A DNA stretch of 64,000 nucleotides from Mustelus asterias. Lineage: Eukaryota. The notes beneath the pieces were generated by a model. That model searched no databases and was not told where the DNA came from. It was given only the letters and a program-made list of their open reading frames with translations. A program made the translations under genes and the position numbers. Below are positions 37,189-49,160 of this stretch, in pieces. The stretch covers positions 186,001-250,000 of the forward strand of contig NW_027590190.1 of the NCBI RefSeq assembly GCF_964213995.1, given 5' to 3'. The stretch's first letter is position 1. Every line of letters begins with the position of its first letter.

Positions 37189-37621
37189 AGAGATTACAAC
37201 TTTCAGGAAAGGTTAAATGGACTGAAGTTTTTTCCTATCGAGCAGTGACCTGATAAAAGTCTTTCAAATTATTAGTGGCTTGGACAGGGGAAATGTGGAG
37301 AGAATGTTCCACTTGTGACAGAGTCTAAAAGAAGGAATGATCAATAAACGAAGAGTCATAAATACAAGATAGTTACCAATAAATCCAAGAAGCAATAAGG
37401 ACAAATTTCTTCACTCACAGGTTTAGAATTACCATAGAAATGAGTTGAGGAAAGTGCTGAGATTGTTTCAAAAGGAAATGGGAGAAACACACAAGAGAAA
37501 AAGAAATGGAAAAATCAACTGAAAGGCTGAGATGAGGTCTATGGGACAGGAGAAGATGTGTCAAGTATAAAGAATTAAACTGAATGGCTTGTTTGTGTCT
37601 TGTGTATTCAAAGTAATTCAA
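37189..37621 (+). mobile_element. Old CR1 3' end in the ZNF intron, with TSD
   Basis: TGTAAAC at 37182-37188 and 37622-37628 splits the conserved acceptor region. Confidence 0.7.
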
Positions 37622-38107
37622 TGTAAACTCCTTTTCCAGAATATCTGCAGACGGGCGATTCAAACCAAACGTCTCGGGATCTGACAGTGTCACATGATTC
37701 TTCAGGATCTGAATATCAAAGGCCCATGAATGTGGAAGGAGAAACGTTTGCCTATTTTGTCTTTGGGAAATTATTCAACATCAGTGTGACTGGAAAAGCC
37801 CCGAGACACAGACATCTCAGTTACTTTTCCACAGTCAGCTGGAACAGAGCTTTAACCAGTCACACAGCGTGAAAAGAAATAGCACATTTTCATCAGGTAG
37901 ACACCGCACTCGTGTTCTTTGTGTGGACCTGGTTTCAACTGATTATATAACCTGGAGAGACATGAGGACACCTGCACCATGTGAACAAGGAGCAGCAATA
38001 GGCCATTCGGCCCCACGGGCCAGTTCCGCCATTTAATAACATCATGGCTGATCTGATAGTGAGCTCAAATCTGCATCCCGCCTACACCCGATAGCCTGTC
38101 AATAATC

Positions 38108-39256
38108 ATGGAGAAACCGTGGAAATGTGCGGACTGTGGGACGGGATTCAATTACCCGTCTGAATTGGAAACCCATCGACGTATTCACACTGGGGAGAGA
38201 CCATTCACCTGCTGTGTGTGTGGGAAGGGATTCACTCAGTCATCCAGCCTGTACACACACCAGCATGTCCATACTGGTGAGAGGCCATTCACCTGTCTTC
38301 AATGTGGGAAGGGATTTAATGCTTTATCAAACCTCCGGACTCACCACCAGGTTCACTCTGATCAGAGACCGTTTAAATGTTGTGAGTGTGAGAAGAGCTT
38401 TAAAAGCAGAAAGGATTTGTTGATTCACCAACGCACTCACACTGGGGAGAGGCCATTCATCTGCAACATGTGTGGTAAGGGATTCACTCAGTCATCCCAC
38501 CTCCTGACACACCAAAGTGTTCACACTGATCAGAGACCATTTAAATGTTCTGATTGTGAGAAGAACTTTAAAAGTAAAAAGGATTTACTGATTCACCAGC
38601 GCACTCACACTGGGGAGAGGCCGTTCATCTGCTCCGTGTGTGGGAAGGGATTCACTTGTTCATCCCAGCTCCTGAAACATCGATTTGTTCACACAGATCA
38701 GAGACCTATCAATTGTCCTGAATGTGATAAAACATTTAAAAGCAAAAAGGATCTTCTGAAACACCAGCACACTCACACTGGGGAGAGGCCATTCACCTGC
38801 TCTCTCTGTGAGAAGGGATTCACTCGGTTAGCTCACCTTCTGAGACACCATCGAGTTCACACTGGGGAGAGGCCGTTCACCTGCCCTGTGTGTTGTCAGG
38901 AATTCATTGATACATCTGACCTTCTGATACACCGGCGAGTTCACACTGGGGAGAGACCGTACACTTGCCTCCTGTGCGGCAAGAGATTCACTCAGTCAGC
39001 CCACCTGACTACACACCAACTTGTTCACACTGATCAGAGACCTTTTGAATGTTCTGATTGTGAGAAGAGATTTAAAAGTAAACAGAATCTGCTGAAACAC
39101 CGGCGAGTTCACACTGGGGAAAGGCCGTTCAACTACTCCATGTGTGGGAAGGGATTCGCTCAGTCAAACAACCTGCTGAAACACCAGCAAGTTCACAGGC
39201 GACAGCAGGGGTTGGATTCTGCTGTTATTGCTGCTGTGAATCACACCCAGGACTGA
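38108..39256 (+). CDS. C2H2 zinc-finger protein, 13 fingers (last has C>Y) plus C-terminal tail
   Basis: Intact 382-aa ORF MEKPWKC...HRRQQGLDSAVIAAVNHTQD. Confidence 0.9.
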   Translation: MEKPWKCADCGTGFNYPSELETHRRIHTGERPFTCCVCGKGFTQSSSLYTHQHVHTGERPFTCLQCGKGFNALSNLRTHHQVHSDQRPFKCCECEKSFKSRKDLLIHQRTHTGERPFICNMCGKGFTQSSHLLTHQSVHTDQRPFKCSDCEKNFKSKKDLLIHQRTHTGERPFICSVCGKGFTCSSQLLKHRFVHTDQRPINCPECDKTFKSKKDLLKHQHTHTGERPFTCSLCEKGFTRLAHLLRHHRVHTGERPFTCPVCCQEFIDTSDLLIHRRVHTGERPYTCLLCGKRFTQSAHLTTHQLVHTDQRPFECSDCEKRFKSKQNLLKHRRVHTGERPFNYSMCGKGFAQSNNLLKHQQVHRRQQGLDSAVIAAVNHTQD

Positions 39257-39269
39257 ATAGTGTCTGGTT

Positions 39270-41345
39270 GCCAGTGAGGTTCCACAGTTTTGTGGTATAT
39301 ATCAATGACTTAGACTTAAATGTAAGGCTCATGATTCAGTTTGCAGATGAAACAACAATTGTATTTATGTTTAACAGTCCAGAAGAAAGCCGTGGACTGC
39401 AGGAAGATATCAGTGGGTTGGTCAGATGGGCAGAAAAATGGCACATGGAATTCGATCTGGAGCAGTGAGAGAGAATGAATTTGGGACATTAGACAAGACA
39501 AGGGAATGAACAGTAAAGGGATGATGCTGAGAATTATAGAGGATCAGAGAGAACCTGGAGTCAACATCCAGGCATCTGTGAAGGAGGCTGGACAGGTAGA
39601 TCATAAGACCATCAGATGTAGGAGCAGAATTAGGCCATTCAGCCCATTGAGTCTGCTCTGCCATTCAATCAAGGCTGATCAGTGTCTCAATCAGGTGGTC
39701 AAGAAGACATTTGGCCCAAGCCTAGTGTATAAGAGGAGGGAGATTATGCTCAAACTGAAGCAGAGAGTGGGAATAAATGGATCCTTTTCAGAGTGGGAAG
39801 CAGTGACTAGTGGGTGCGGCAGGTTCAGTGCTGCAACCCCAGCTGTTCATAATATACATTAATGATTTGGATGAAGGAATTGAATGCAATATCTCCAATT
39901 TTCAGCCGACACTAAGCTGGGTGGCAGTGTGTGCTGTGAGGAGGATCCTGAGAGGCTACAGGGGGGCTTGGACAGGCTGAGTGGGCAGATACTTGTCAAA
40001 TGCAATATAATGTGGATAAATGTGAGGTTATCAACTTTGGTGGCAAAAACAGGAAGAAAGATTATTATCTGAATGGTGGCAGTTTAGGAAAAGGGGAAGT
40101 GCATCGTGACCTGGGTGTCATGGTGGGACAGTTGCTGAAGGTTGGCATGCAGGTACAGCAGGCAGTGAGGAAAGCTAATGGCATGCTGGCCTTCATAGCA
40201 AGAGGATTTGAGTACAGGAGTAAAGATGTCTTGCTGCAGTTGTACAGGGCCTTGGTGAAGCCACACCTTGAGTATTGTGTGCATTTTTGGTCTCCTAGTC
40301 TAAGGAAGGACATTTTTCTTGCTATTGAGGGAGTCCAGCGAAGGTTCACCAGACTGATTCCTGGAATGGCAGGACTGATATGAAGAGAGATTGGATCGAC
40401 TGGGCTTTTACTCACTGGAATTTAGAATGAGAGGGGATCTCAGAGAAACATTTAAAATCCTGATGGGACTGGACAGGCTCGATGCTGTCCCAACATGTTC
40501 CCAATGTTGGGGAAGTCCAGAACTCGGGGTTACAATCTTAGACTGAGATGAGGAAGAACTTCTTGTTGTGAACATGTGGAAGTCTCTACCACAGAAAGCT
40601 GTTGGGGCCAGTTCATTAAATATGTTCAAGAGGGAGCTGGATGTGACTCTTGTGACTAAAGGGACCACAAGGGGTATGGAGAGAAAGTGGGACTGTGATA
40701 CTGAAAGTGCATGATCTACCATGATCATATTGAATGGTGGTGAAGGCTCGAAGGGCCGAATAGCCGACTCCACCTATTTTCTATGTTTATAAAATGCTTC
40801 ATAAAACGTTCTGCAGAAGGATCATTTAGATCCAAAAGATTAACTCTGTTTCTCCCCACAGATGTTGCCAGACCTGCTGAGGTTACCCAGCATAGTCTGT
40901 TTATATTTATAAAATGCTAGTTAGAGCAAGCTGGAGTACTGAGCTCTGTTCTCGTTACCAGATTAATCAGTTATAAAAGTATATGTCTAGTAAAGCTGTG
41001 TGGCAGAAAGCTGAAGCCAGTTGGCGATTTTTTAATATAATTACAATCTGTTCAATTTTCAAATCTAGTGAATAAAGGATTGAAGAATTAGGAGGGTTCA
41101 TGGAGGAATCATTTCACCCGGAGAGTGATGGGGATCTGGAACTCACTGCCTGAAAGGACGGGAGAGGCAGAAACCCTCATCACATTAAACAGGAACTCAG
41201 ATACGCAGCTGAGATTCTGTAACACACAGAGGGACAGATCAAGAGCTGGAAAGTAGGGTGAAACTGGACAGTACTTTTCCAGCCAGCACAGACCTGATGG
41301 GCTGAATGGCCTCCTGCTGTTCAGTGAATTTTCTATATTTCAGTT
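39270..41345 (+). mobile_element. Nested CR1 LINE fragments (younger copy ~39755-40790)
   Basis: QFADET, YNVDKCEVINFG, LVKPHLEYCVHFWSP; two CR1 tails; a degenerate P2 piece at ~40810-40905. Confidence 0.85.
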
Positions 41346-41919
41346 CTGACAGTTGGAGTTTGTTTCTGCTGATGTTAATAACTCCTCGAACTGGGCTGTA
41401 GTGTAATATTCTGGATAAATGTGAAATCAGCTTGATTAAAACATCAGAGTAGATTTTTTGTCTTTCCCACCTGTGTTATCTGATTGTATTCTGATTTTCT
41501 TATCAGTAACGTGACTAACCTCAGCCGCCCCAATCTGCGAATGACTTAGTAAATTCCTTCCCTAACAGCACTGCGAGTGGACATCAAACCACAGGGACTG
41601 CAGCGGTTCAGGAAGGCAGCTCACCACCACCTCAAGGGCAATTAGGAATAGGCAATAAAAATACTGGTCCAGCCAGTGACACCCACACCCCATGAAAAGA
41701 AAATGTCTGTTCAAACAAGACTTAATTAAGGCAGGACAGGATTCTTTGGATAATAAATTTTACAACATTAAATTAACATTAAAATTATTATTAAAGGAAA
41801 GAGATTTGCATATCAATTCAGGAAAACTTCCAAGATGGTGCTGCAGTGAGGCGACTTCTTGCAAGCTGCGCCCAGCATACCCTCTAATTCTATCTTCTAC
41901 TCGTTCGATGCTTCTAAAA

Positions 41920-42062
41920 CTTTATTCTAACTCTTATGACTGCAACACTACATTCTGCATCCTCTCCTTCTCTATGTATGGTACTCTTTGTATAGCACAC
42001 AAGGAACAATGCTTTTCACTGTATGCTAATACATGTGACAATAATAAATCAAATCAAATCAG
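41920..42062 (+). mobile_element. Rex1/Babar-like LINE 3' tail
   Basis: TTTTCACTGTATGCTAATACATGTGACAATAATAAATC(AAATC)n; also at 53798-53935 and antisense at 48760-49160. Confidence 0.6.
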
Positions 42063-42414
42063 ACAATGATTTTTGCAACTTTATCGAGGTGTTGATCCAT
42101 CACAGCGTTCCCCTCTCAAGACTCTTGTCTCAGATACAGTCCCACTTGCTGAGATGTACATGTGATTCTTGCCTCGAGTGAGTGTCTTCAGTAATCAGCC
42201 AGCCACAAATCATTACGGAGCCCTGACTTTTCACCCCTGAGTGGCCAGCTCCCTGTGTCAGAGTCAAGCTTTCCCTCAGTGAATAATTACCTCAAGCTGC
42301 TGCTCGGGTTAATCCAATTAGTTCTTAGGCACAGTGGCCACCCAACCTCAGTACATCAGACAAGAATACAAAAGAGCTAAAATCTCTTGACTTTCAAGTA
42401 CTTCGCTATCCACT

Positions 42415-42700
42415 ATTTAAGGTGAGAGGGGAGAAATACAAAAGTGTCCAGAGGGGCAATTTTTTCACACAGAGGGTGGTGAGTGTCTGGAACAAGCTGC
42501 CAGAGGTAGTAGTAGAGACGGGTTCAATTTTAGCTTTTAAAAAGCATTTAGAAAGCTACATGGGTACGATGGGTATAGAGGGATATGGGCCAAATGTGGG
42601 CAATTGGGATTAGTTTAGGGGTTTTTAAAAAAAAAGGGCGGCATGGACAAGTTGGGCTGAAGGGCCTGTTTCCATGCAGTAAACCTCTATGACTCTATGA
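42415..42700 (+). mobile_element. CR1 3' end
   Basis: FFTQRVVSVWNKLP with a (CTATGACT)n tail; same subfamily at 42995-43208 and 55230. Confidence 0.9.
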
Positions 42701-42994
42701 CACTGGATCAAACTAAACATTATAATGTACCATTCCTTGGGACCTTTATCTAGGATCCTTCATTATTAGAACAGTTTGTCTGAAATTACTGTTCCTCACA
42801 CAGAGAGACATGCAATAATTCAACGTAACGAGTTTTGAATGAAAATCCAGTCTTTCCAATATGATTATTGATTCATTATTTATAACTTAATCAAGGTTCA
42901 TCAATTGTACAATCATCTGTTTCATGACTGGTTACTCCCTTCAGAATTTGATTAATACAGAAAATAAAATGAGCTCTTTCATCACATAGAGTCA

Positions 42995-43208
42995 GAGTGT
43001 CTGCAACAAGCTGCCAGAGGTAGTAGTAGAGGTGGGTACAATTTTGTCTTTTAAAAAGCATTTAGATAGTTACATGGGTACAATGGGTATAGAGGGATAC
43101 GGGCCAAATGCATGCAATTGGGATTAGCTTAGGGGTTTCAAAAAAGGCCAGCATGGACAAGTTGGGCCGAAGGGCCTGTTTCCATGCTGTAAACCTCTAT
43201 GACTCTAT
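42995..43208 (+). mobile_element. CR1 3' end
   Basis: Near-copy of 42480-42700. Confidence 0.85.
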
Positions 43209-43559
43209 TTGTTACATGGTCAGTGCATTCTGACTGGTGAGAGGCTGCTTTAATGTTGTGTGTTAGATAAGATTCATTAATTCAATCACTTGAGCTAGCA
43301 ATTCCTGAATGGGCTCACATTTAACTTTAGGGTTAGTTTCTAATGTAGCTGCTACTGTTGATCATAGTAAGGAGTTTAACAACACCAGGTTAAAGTTGAT
43401 CATATCTAGGACAGCACTATGGCAGATAACTAATTAAGTGCAGTTTTTGAAGAAAAAATGATAATTGTATATCTAGATCATTGGATGCAATCGCAAACGG
43501 ATCAGAAAACATCATTACCAAAATTGCCATTTAATGGTGGAGTGATTACCCATCATTCT

Positions 43560-43900
43560 CCGCGGGTCAGAAAGTGCTCTATCCTCACTATAGGGAGAGA
43601 CTGCGCAGGCGTGGGGGAAATGCTGTGATTGGAGCATGCGCGGTCCGGGTGTCGGTCTGTTCGATCAACATCAGGTGAGAAGCAACTGGAGAGGAATGGG
43701 GCTGGGGAAGAAATGGAACCGTCTTGTGGGGCCGGGGGAGCGGGGAAACTCATTAGTAAAACATGCTCATGCCTCAGAGCCCGAATCCCAAACTCCCGGG
43801 TCCCGCGGGAGGCGCCGCCGACACTTTTGTTCATCCCGGGTTAACGGCCGCCATCTTTCCCGGGGCAGCAGGGCGCATGCGCAGGGAGCCCAGTCCCTCT
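43560..43900. promoter_or_regulatory. CpG promoter of the ZNF gene at 44893
   Basis: ATTGGAGCATGCGC, YY1-like GGCCGCCATCTT, GCGCATGCGCA, in the same order as at 24 kb. Confidence 0.7.
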
Positions 43901-43950
43901 GGGGCTTTGTTACCTTTTCTCCTTCATCCCTTTTCCCAGTCCCAGGCTGC

Positions 43951-44544
43951 AGGCTCCAGTTGGCAATGTGTGCATCCAGTGTGGAGGAGGCTCCAGCTGG
44001 CAATGTGTGCATCCAGTGTGGAGGAGGCTCCAGCTGGCAATGTGTGCATCCAGTGTGGAGGAGGCTCCAGCTGGCAATGTGTGCATCCAGTGTGGAGGAG
44101 GCTCCAGCTGGCAATGTGTGCATCCAGTGTGGAGGAGGCTCCAGCTGGCAATGTGTGCATCCAGTGTGGAGGAGGCTCCAGCTGGCAATGTGTGCATCCA
44201 GTGTGGAGGAGGCTCCAGCTGGCAATGTGTGCATCCAGTGTGGAGGAGGCTCCAGTTGGCAATGTGTGCATCCAGTGTGGAGGTGGCTCCAGTTGGCAAT
44301 GATGTGCATCCAGTGTGGAGGAGGCTCCAGCTGGCAATGATGTGCTTCCAGTGTGGAGGAGGCTCCAGTTGGCAATGTGTGTATCCAGTGTGGAGGAGGC
44401 TCCAGTTGGCAATGTGTGTATCCAGTGTGGAGGAGGCTCCAGTTGGCAATGTGTGCATCCAGTGTGGAGGTGGCTCCAGTTGGCAATGATGTGCATCCAG
44501 TGTGGAGGTAGCTCCAGTTGGCAATGATGTGCATCCAGTGTGGA
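43951..44544. repeat. 37/38-bp minisatellite, ~16 copies
   Basis: Unit GGCTCCAGYTGGCAATG(A)TGTGCATCCAGTGTGGAGGA, contiguous with no spacers. Confidence 0.97.
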
Positions 44545-44892
44545 CATGGCGACAGCTGCCAGGGTCACTTTCACCTAGTGCCGGTCCCACCCATTCCCAG
44601 GTTCATTCAGCTCAATTTCACAACCTGCCTTTTTGTTTCTGCAGGTTCTCTCTCACTCCTTTTTTTCTGTTTTAAATTCTTTCCACAGAGTATCGGGAGG
44701 GGAGGATTTACAGTCAGGAAACAACCTCATCATCGCATCAAAGTCTGACAGCCGCTGAATGCATCCTAACCTGAATATCGTCAGATTTTGAACACAGAAC
44801 TGAAAAGCTCCATTCACAGTGGAGAGAAACTGTACATGTGTTCTGCGTGTGGACAAGGCTTCAGCCTGTCGAAACGTTAGTGCAGTCACTCC

Positions 44893-45483
44893 ATGGAGAA
44901 ACCGTGGAAATGTGTGGACTGTGGGAAGGGATTCCGTTACCCATCCAAACTGGAAATCCATCGTCGTAGTCACACTGGGGAGAGACCATTCTCCTGCTCT
45001 GAGTGTGAGAAGGGGTTCGTTAGGTCCTCCCACTTGCTGACACACCAGCAAATTCACACTGGGAAGAGACAATTCACCTGCACCGAATGTGGGAAGGGAT
45101 TCACTCAGTCATCCAAACTGCTGTCACACCAGCGAGTTCACACTGGGGAGAGACCATTCACCTGCTCCGAATGTGGGAAAGGATTCACTGCTTCATCTTA
45201 CCTGCTGACACACCAACGTGTTCACACTGATGAGAGACCTTTTAAATGCTCAGACTGTGGGAAGTGCTTTAAAAGATCTGGTGTACTGATGCGCCATCAA
45301 TGTGCTCACACTGACGAGAGGCCATTCAGATGCAGACACTGTGGGACTGGATTCAGACAATCATATAACCTCACTGTACATCAGCGAGTTCACACTGGGG
45401 AGAGGCCGTTCACCTGCTCTGATTGTGGCCAGGGATTCTCTCAGTCATCCAACCTTCTGAAACACCAACGAATCCACAATTAA
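44893..45483 (+). CDS. C2H2 zinc-finger protein, 7 fingers
   Basis: Intact 196-aa ORF starting MEKPWKC; acceptor TTTCCACAG at ~44688. Confidence 0.88.
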   Translation: MEKPWKCVDCGKGFRYPSKLEIHRRSHTGERPFSCSECEKGFVRSSHLLTHQQIHTGKRQFTCTECGKGFTQSSKLLSHQRVHTGERPFTCSECGKGFTASSYLLTHQRVHTDERPFKCSDCGKCFKRSGVLMRHQCAHTDERPFRCRHCGTGFRQSYNLTVHQRVHTGERPFTCSDCGQGFSQSSNLLKHQRIHN

Positions 45484-45690
45484 CCACAGTGATCGGATTC
45501 TGCTGTTAATCACATTCAGGACTTAAATGTGTTCATTAGGTCTGTTTCTGCTGGAGTTGATGAAATCCAACCCAGTTATAGGGGTTAATATTCTGGATAA
45601 AAGTCAAATAAATTAGCTTTGTGTTCAATACTGTGCATTGAATCTTTTCAATAACATCAACATAAATGAATTCCTTTTCAAATATATGGA

Positions 45691-45938
45691 TAAAAGCAAA
45701 TTACTGTGGATGCTAGAATCTGAAACCAAAAGAGAAAATGCTGGAAAATCTCAGCAGGTCTGGCAGCATCTGTAAGGAGAGAAAAGAGCTGATGTTTCAA
45801 GTCCAGATGACCCTTTTGTCAAAGCTCAAAACACCAGCTTTGGCAAAGGGTCATCTGGACTCGAAACATCAGCTCTTTTCTCTCCTTACAGATGCTGCCA
45901 GACCTGCTGAGATTTTCCAACATTTTCTCCTTTGGTTC
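45691..45938. mobile_element. Penelope-like P2 inverted repeat (~100-bp arms), hammerhead-like motif in each arm
   Basis: 45725-45826 is the near reverse complement of 45836-45937. Confidence 0.8.
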
Positions 45939-46079
45939 CTTTTGAAATAGCTCCCTTTGTTCTTCCTCCATCTTCACCTCCCACAAATGCTCAAGGAGGA
46001 GAAACTCATGATCTTCTTTGTTGCTCAGTTTGAGACAATCCAATCAGCTGCCTCTGCTGCTTCCCTCCCTTTCAATACT

Positions 46080-46790
46080 CCATAGAATTCTTCTGGTGCA
46101 GAAGGAGGCCATTTGGCCCAACAAGTCTGCACCAACTCTCTGAAAGAATAGAATAGAATAGAAACCCGACAGTGCAGAAGGAGGCCATTCGGCCCATCGA
46201 GTCTGCACCGACCACAATCCCACCCAGGCCCTCCCCCCACATATTTACCCACTAATCCCTCTAACCTACGCATCCCAGGACTCTAAGGGGCAATTTTTAA
46301 CCTGGCCAATCAACCTAACCCGCACATCTTTGGACTGTGGGAGGAAACCTGAGCACCCGGAGGAAACCCACGCAGACATGAGGAGAATGTGCAAACTCCA
46401 CACAGACAGTGACCCAAGCCGGGAATCGAACCCGGGACCCTGGAGCTGTGAAGCAGCAGTGCTAATCACTGTGCTACCGTGCCGCTCCAGAACATATTAC
46501 ACAGCTCCCTTTGCCACCACCTCCCCCCCCTTCCCCCATCCTGTCCCAATAACCCCATGCACATTTTCCTTGCCTACTGCACCTAAGCTACACATCTTGG
46601 GATGCCAAGGGGCAATTTAGCATAGCCAATCAACCTGACCTGCACATCTATCTTTGGCCTGTGGGAGGAAACTGGAGCACCCAGAGGAAACACATGGAGA
46701 CCTGGGGAGAACATGCAAACTCCGCACAGACAGTGACTCAAGCCAGGAATTGAACCTGGGTCCCTGGCGCTTTGAGGCAGCAAGCTAATT
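46080..46790 (-). mobile_element. Cluster of V-SINE copies (full copy 46145-46485)
   Basis: V-type core and CR1-type tails with (ATAGA)n. Confidence 0.85.
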
Positions 46791-47371
46791 GACTCGACAA
46801 AATCTTCTTTAAGGTTCCCCTTTGTCTTAGCTCTGAACTCAAATCTTACTCTAGTTTCTCTCACCTCCTCTCATGTCCTCTTAGACCTCAGGGTGGTGCA
46901 AGCAGGCACCCTCACCACATTTAAGACGCATTTAGATGAACACCTGAAATGCTATTGCATAAAAGGGTACAGACCAAGTGAAGTGCTGGGTGATGGGATT
47001 GGAATGGATTGGTGTTTGATGGCCAGTGCAGACATGATTGGCTGAAAGGCTTCCTTTTGTGCTATCAAACTCTATGAGGAAGGACGGTTGTTGATGTGTT
47101 GTCTGGGTGGGTGATATTTGGAGGAGCTGTCTCCCTGGGACTGAACTGAAGCATTTTGTAGCAATGTGAGCCTTGTAAGCTCTTGGCGACACATAAAATC
47201 TCCTCACTCTGCTGAGTGACACTTTTGTATGTATTTCAGGCAGTGTGGGGAAAGATCCTGAGTGCACAGCTCAGGAATTTAACAGCCAGGTACTGTGAAC
47301 TCACTCGCAAATCACATATGCCACATTGGAAGTTGAGATACGTTTGTCCATGTTCAAATTTTAAATACTGT

Positions 47372-47662
47372 TCATAGAATCATGGAATCCCTGCAGTTCA
47401 GAAGAGGCTATTCGGCCTATCGAGCCTGCATTGACTCTCTGACAGAGTATCTCACCCAGACCCTCTCGTCTGCTCTATCCCTCCAACCCCACACATTACC
47501 ATGGCTAATCCATCTAACCTGCACATCTTTGGACTGTAGGAGGAAACCAGAGCACCCAAAGAGAATCCACACTGACATGGGGAGAGCATGACAGACAGAC
47601 AGTCACCCAAGCTGGATTTGAACACGGGTCCCTGGAGCTGTGTGGCATAACTGCTGTGCCAC
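47372..47662 (-). mobile_element. V-SINE with CR1 tail
   Basis: Degenerate copy of the same family. Confidence 0.8.
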
Positions 47663-48435
47663 TCCTTTTGCTGCTTAATGCTCAGTGACAACATATGGAA
47701 GCCCTGGTCAGAGCTGATTGTGCAGTGAGGTTATCAATGGGTTTTGAATGTAAATTCACACACAATGAAGATCAGAATTATGTGAGTTTTTTTCCTGCTC
47801 CCCCGTCTGAACCAATAACCGTCTGCACCTATTTACTAAATATAAAAATGCTTTATGAAATGAGCAGTTTCCAATAAAATGAGTAAAACCCGAAACCAAA
47901 GACCACCAGCATCTCATTCACTTCGTTTAACAAAGTGGAATGTGTTTAATCTACTTTGATGACTGTTTTTATCCAGAACGTCACTGACACAGAATATTAG
48001 AACATGTTTTATTTGATGGTGGGCTAATATAACTATCAGGGGATTTGATATAAACCCTGTCAAACATTACATTTTCAATCCAGCTTTCCAAAGAGAGAAT
48101 ACAGTCGGCAGCAACTTCGACTTATCGACAGTCAGTGAAAACAGAATGTCAGTGAGGCAGTCACACACTGAGACCACACACGAGTCAGAGCCTTTCTACA
48201 ATATGCTTATTTTAGAAATAAAGAACTTATAAACTTCCCAAGGCAGCTTCTCCTGCAAGTGCAGGAGATGTAACAGCTGCACTTTCACCTCCTCCCAACT
48301 CACCATCCAGGGGTTACACATACGTGCCTCAATCCCAAATGTGTCAAATAGTTTGAAATCACATTTTGGAAGTGGAGGAAGGGAGATTTATTTAAAATAA
48401 ATTGACACAATACATTTTATATATAGATTCTAAGT

Positions 48436-48646
48436 TTACGCAGAGAGTGGTTGGGGTGTGGAATGGACTGCCTGCAGTGATAGTGGAGTCAGACACTTTA
48501 GGAACATTTAAGCGGTTATTGGATAGGCACATGGAGCACACCAGGATGATAGGGAGTGGGATAGCTTGATCTTGGTTTCAGATAAAGCTCGGCACAACAT
48601 CGTGGGCCGAAGGGCCTGCTCTGTGCTGTACTGTTCTATGTTCTAT
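48436..48646 (+). mobile_element. CR1 3' end
   Basis: TTTACGCAGAGAGTGGTTGGGGTGTGGAAT..GAAGGGCCTGCTCTGTGCTGTACTG(TTCTATG)n. Confidence 0.85.
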
Positions 48647-48759
48647 AATATCTCCACTGTATGTGGCATCTGTGCTATCTTACCCATGTAATGAAGTAAA
48701 CACGACAAAATTCAACAAAATACAAAAGGTATTGTTACTGAGAGAATACATCATCAATA

Positions 48760-49160
48760 TTTGATTTAATTTATTAGTGTTGCATGTACTAGGATACAGT
48801 GAAAAGTATTGTTTCTTATGTACTAGACAAACAAAGCATACTGTTCATAGAGTACAGAGGGGAAAAGGAAAGGATACGGTGCAGAATATAGTGCTGTAGT
48901 TACAGGTATGGTGAAGGGAAAGATCAGCTTAATATACGGTAGGTCCAGTCAAAATTCTGATGCAGCAAGGAAGTTGTTCTTGAATTAGTTGGCAGGTGTT
49001 TTCAGACTTTTGTATCTTTTTCTCGACAGAAGCAGGTGGAAGAGAGAAGGTCCGGGGTATGAGGGGTTCTTGATTATGCTGGCTGCTTTCTGAGGCAGTG
49101 GGAAGTGTAGAGAGAGTCAATCGATGGGAGACTGGTTTGCGTGATGGACTGGGGTACGTT
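48760..49160 (-). mobile_element. Rex1/Babar-like LINE 3' fragment
   Basis: Minus strand encodes a degenerate R..KNSFFP.AIR.LN-type C-terminus followed by the AATAAATC tail. Confidence 0.6.

Noticed and set aside
43951-44544. CRISPR-like array (37-bp repeat) or repetitive Cys-rich proteins in six frames
   Set aside because: Units are contiguous with no unique spacers, there are no cas genes and the context is eukaryotic; the long ORFs result from a stop-free repeat unit.
48240-48315. Host Cys-rich exon (CKCRRCNSC)
   Set aside because: Resembles the Cys motif between RT and GIY-YIG in Penelope-like elements; isolated fragment.
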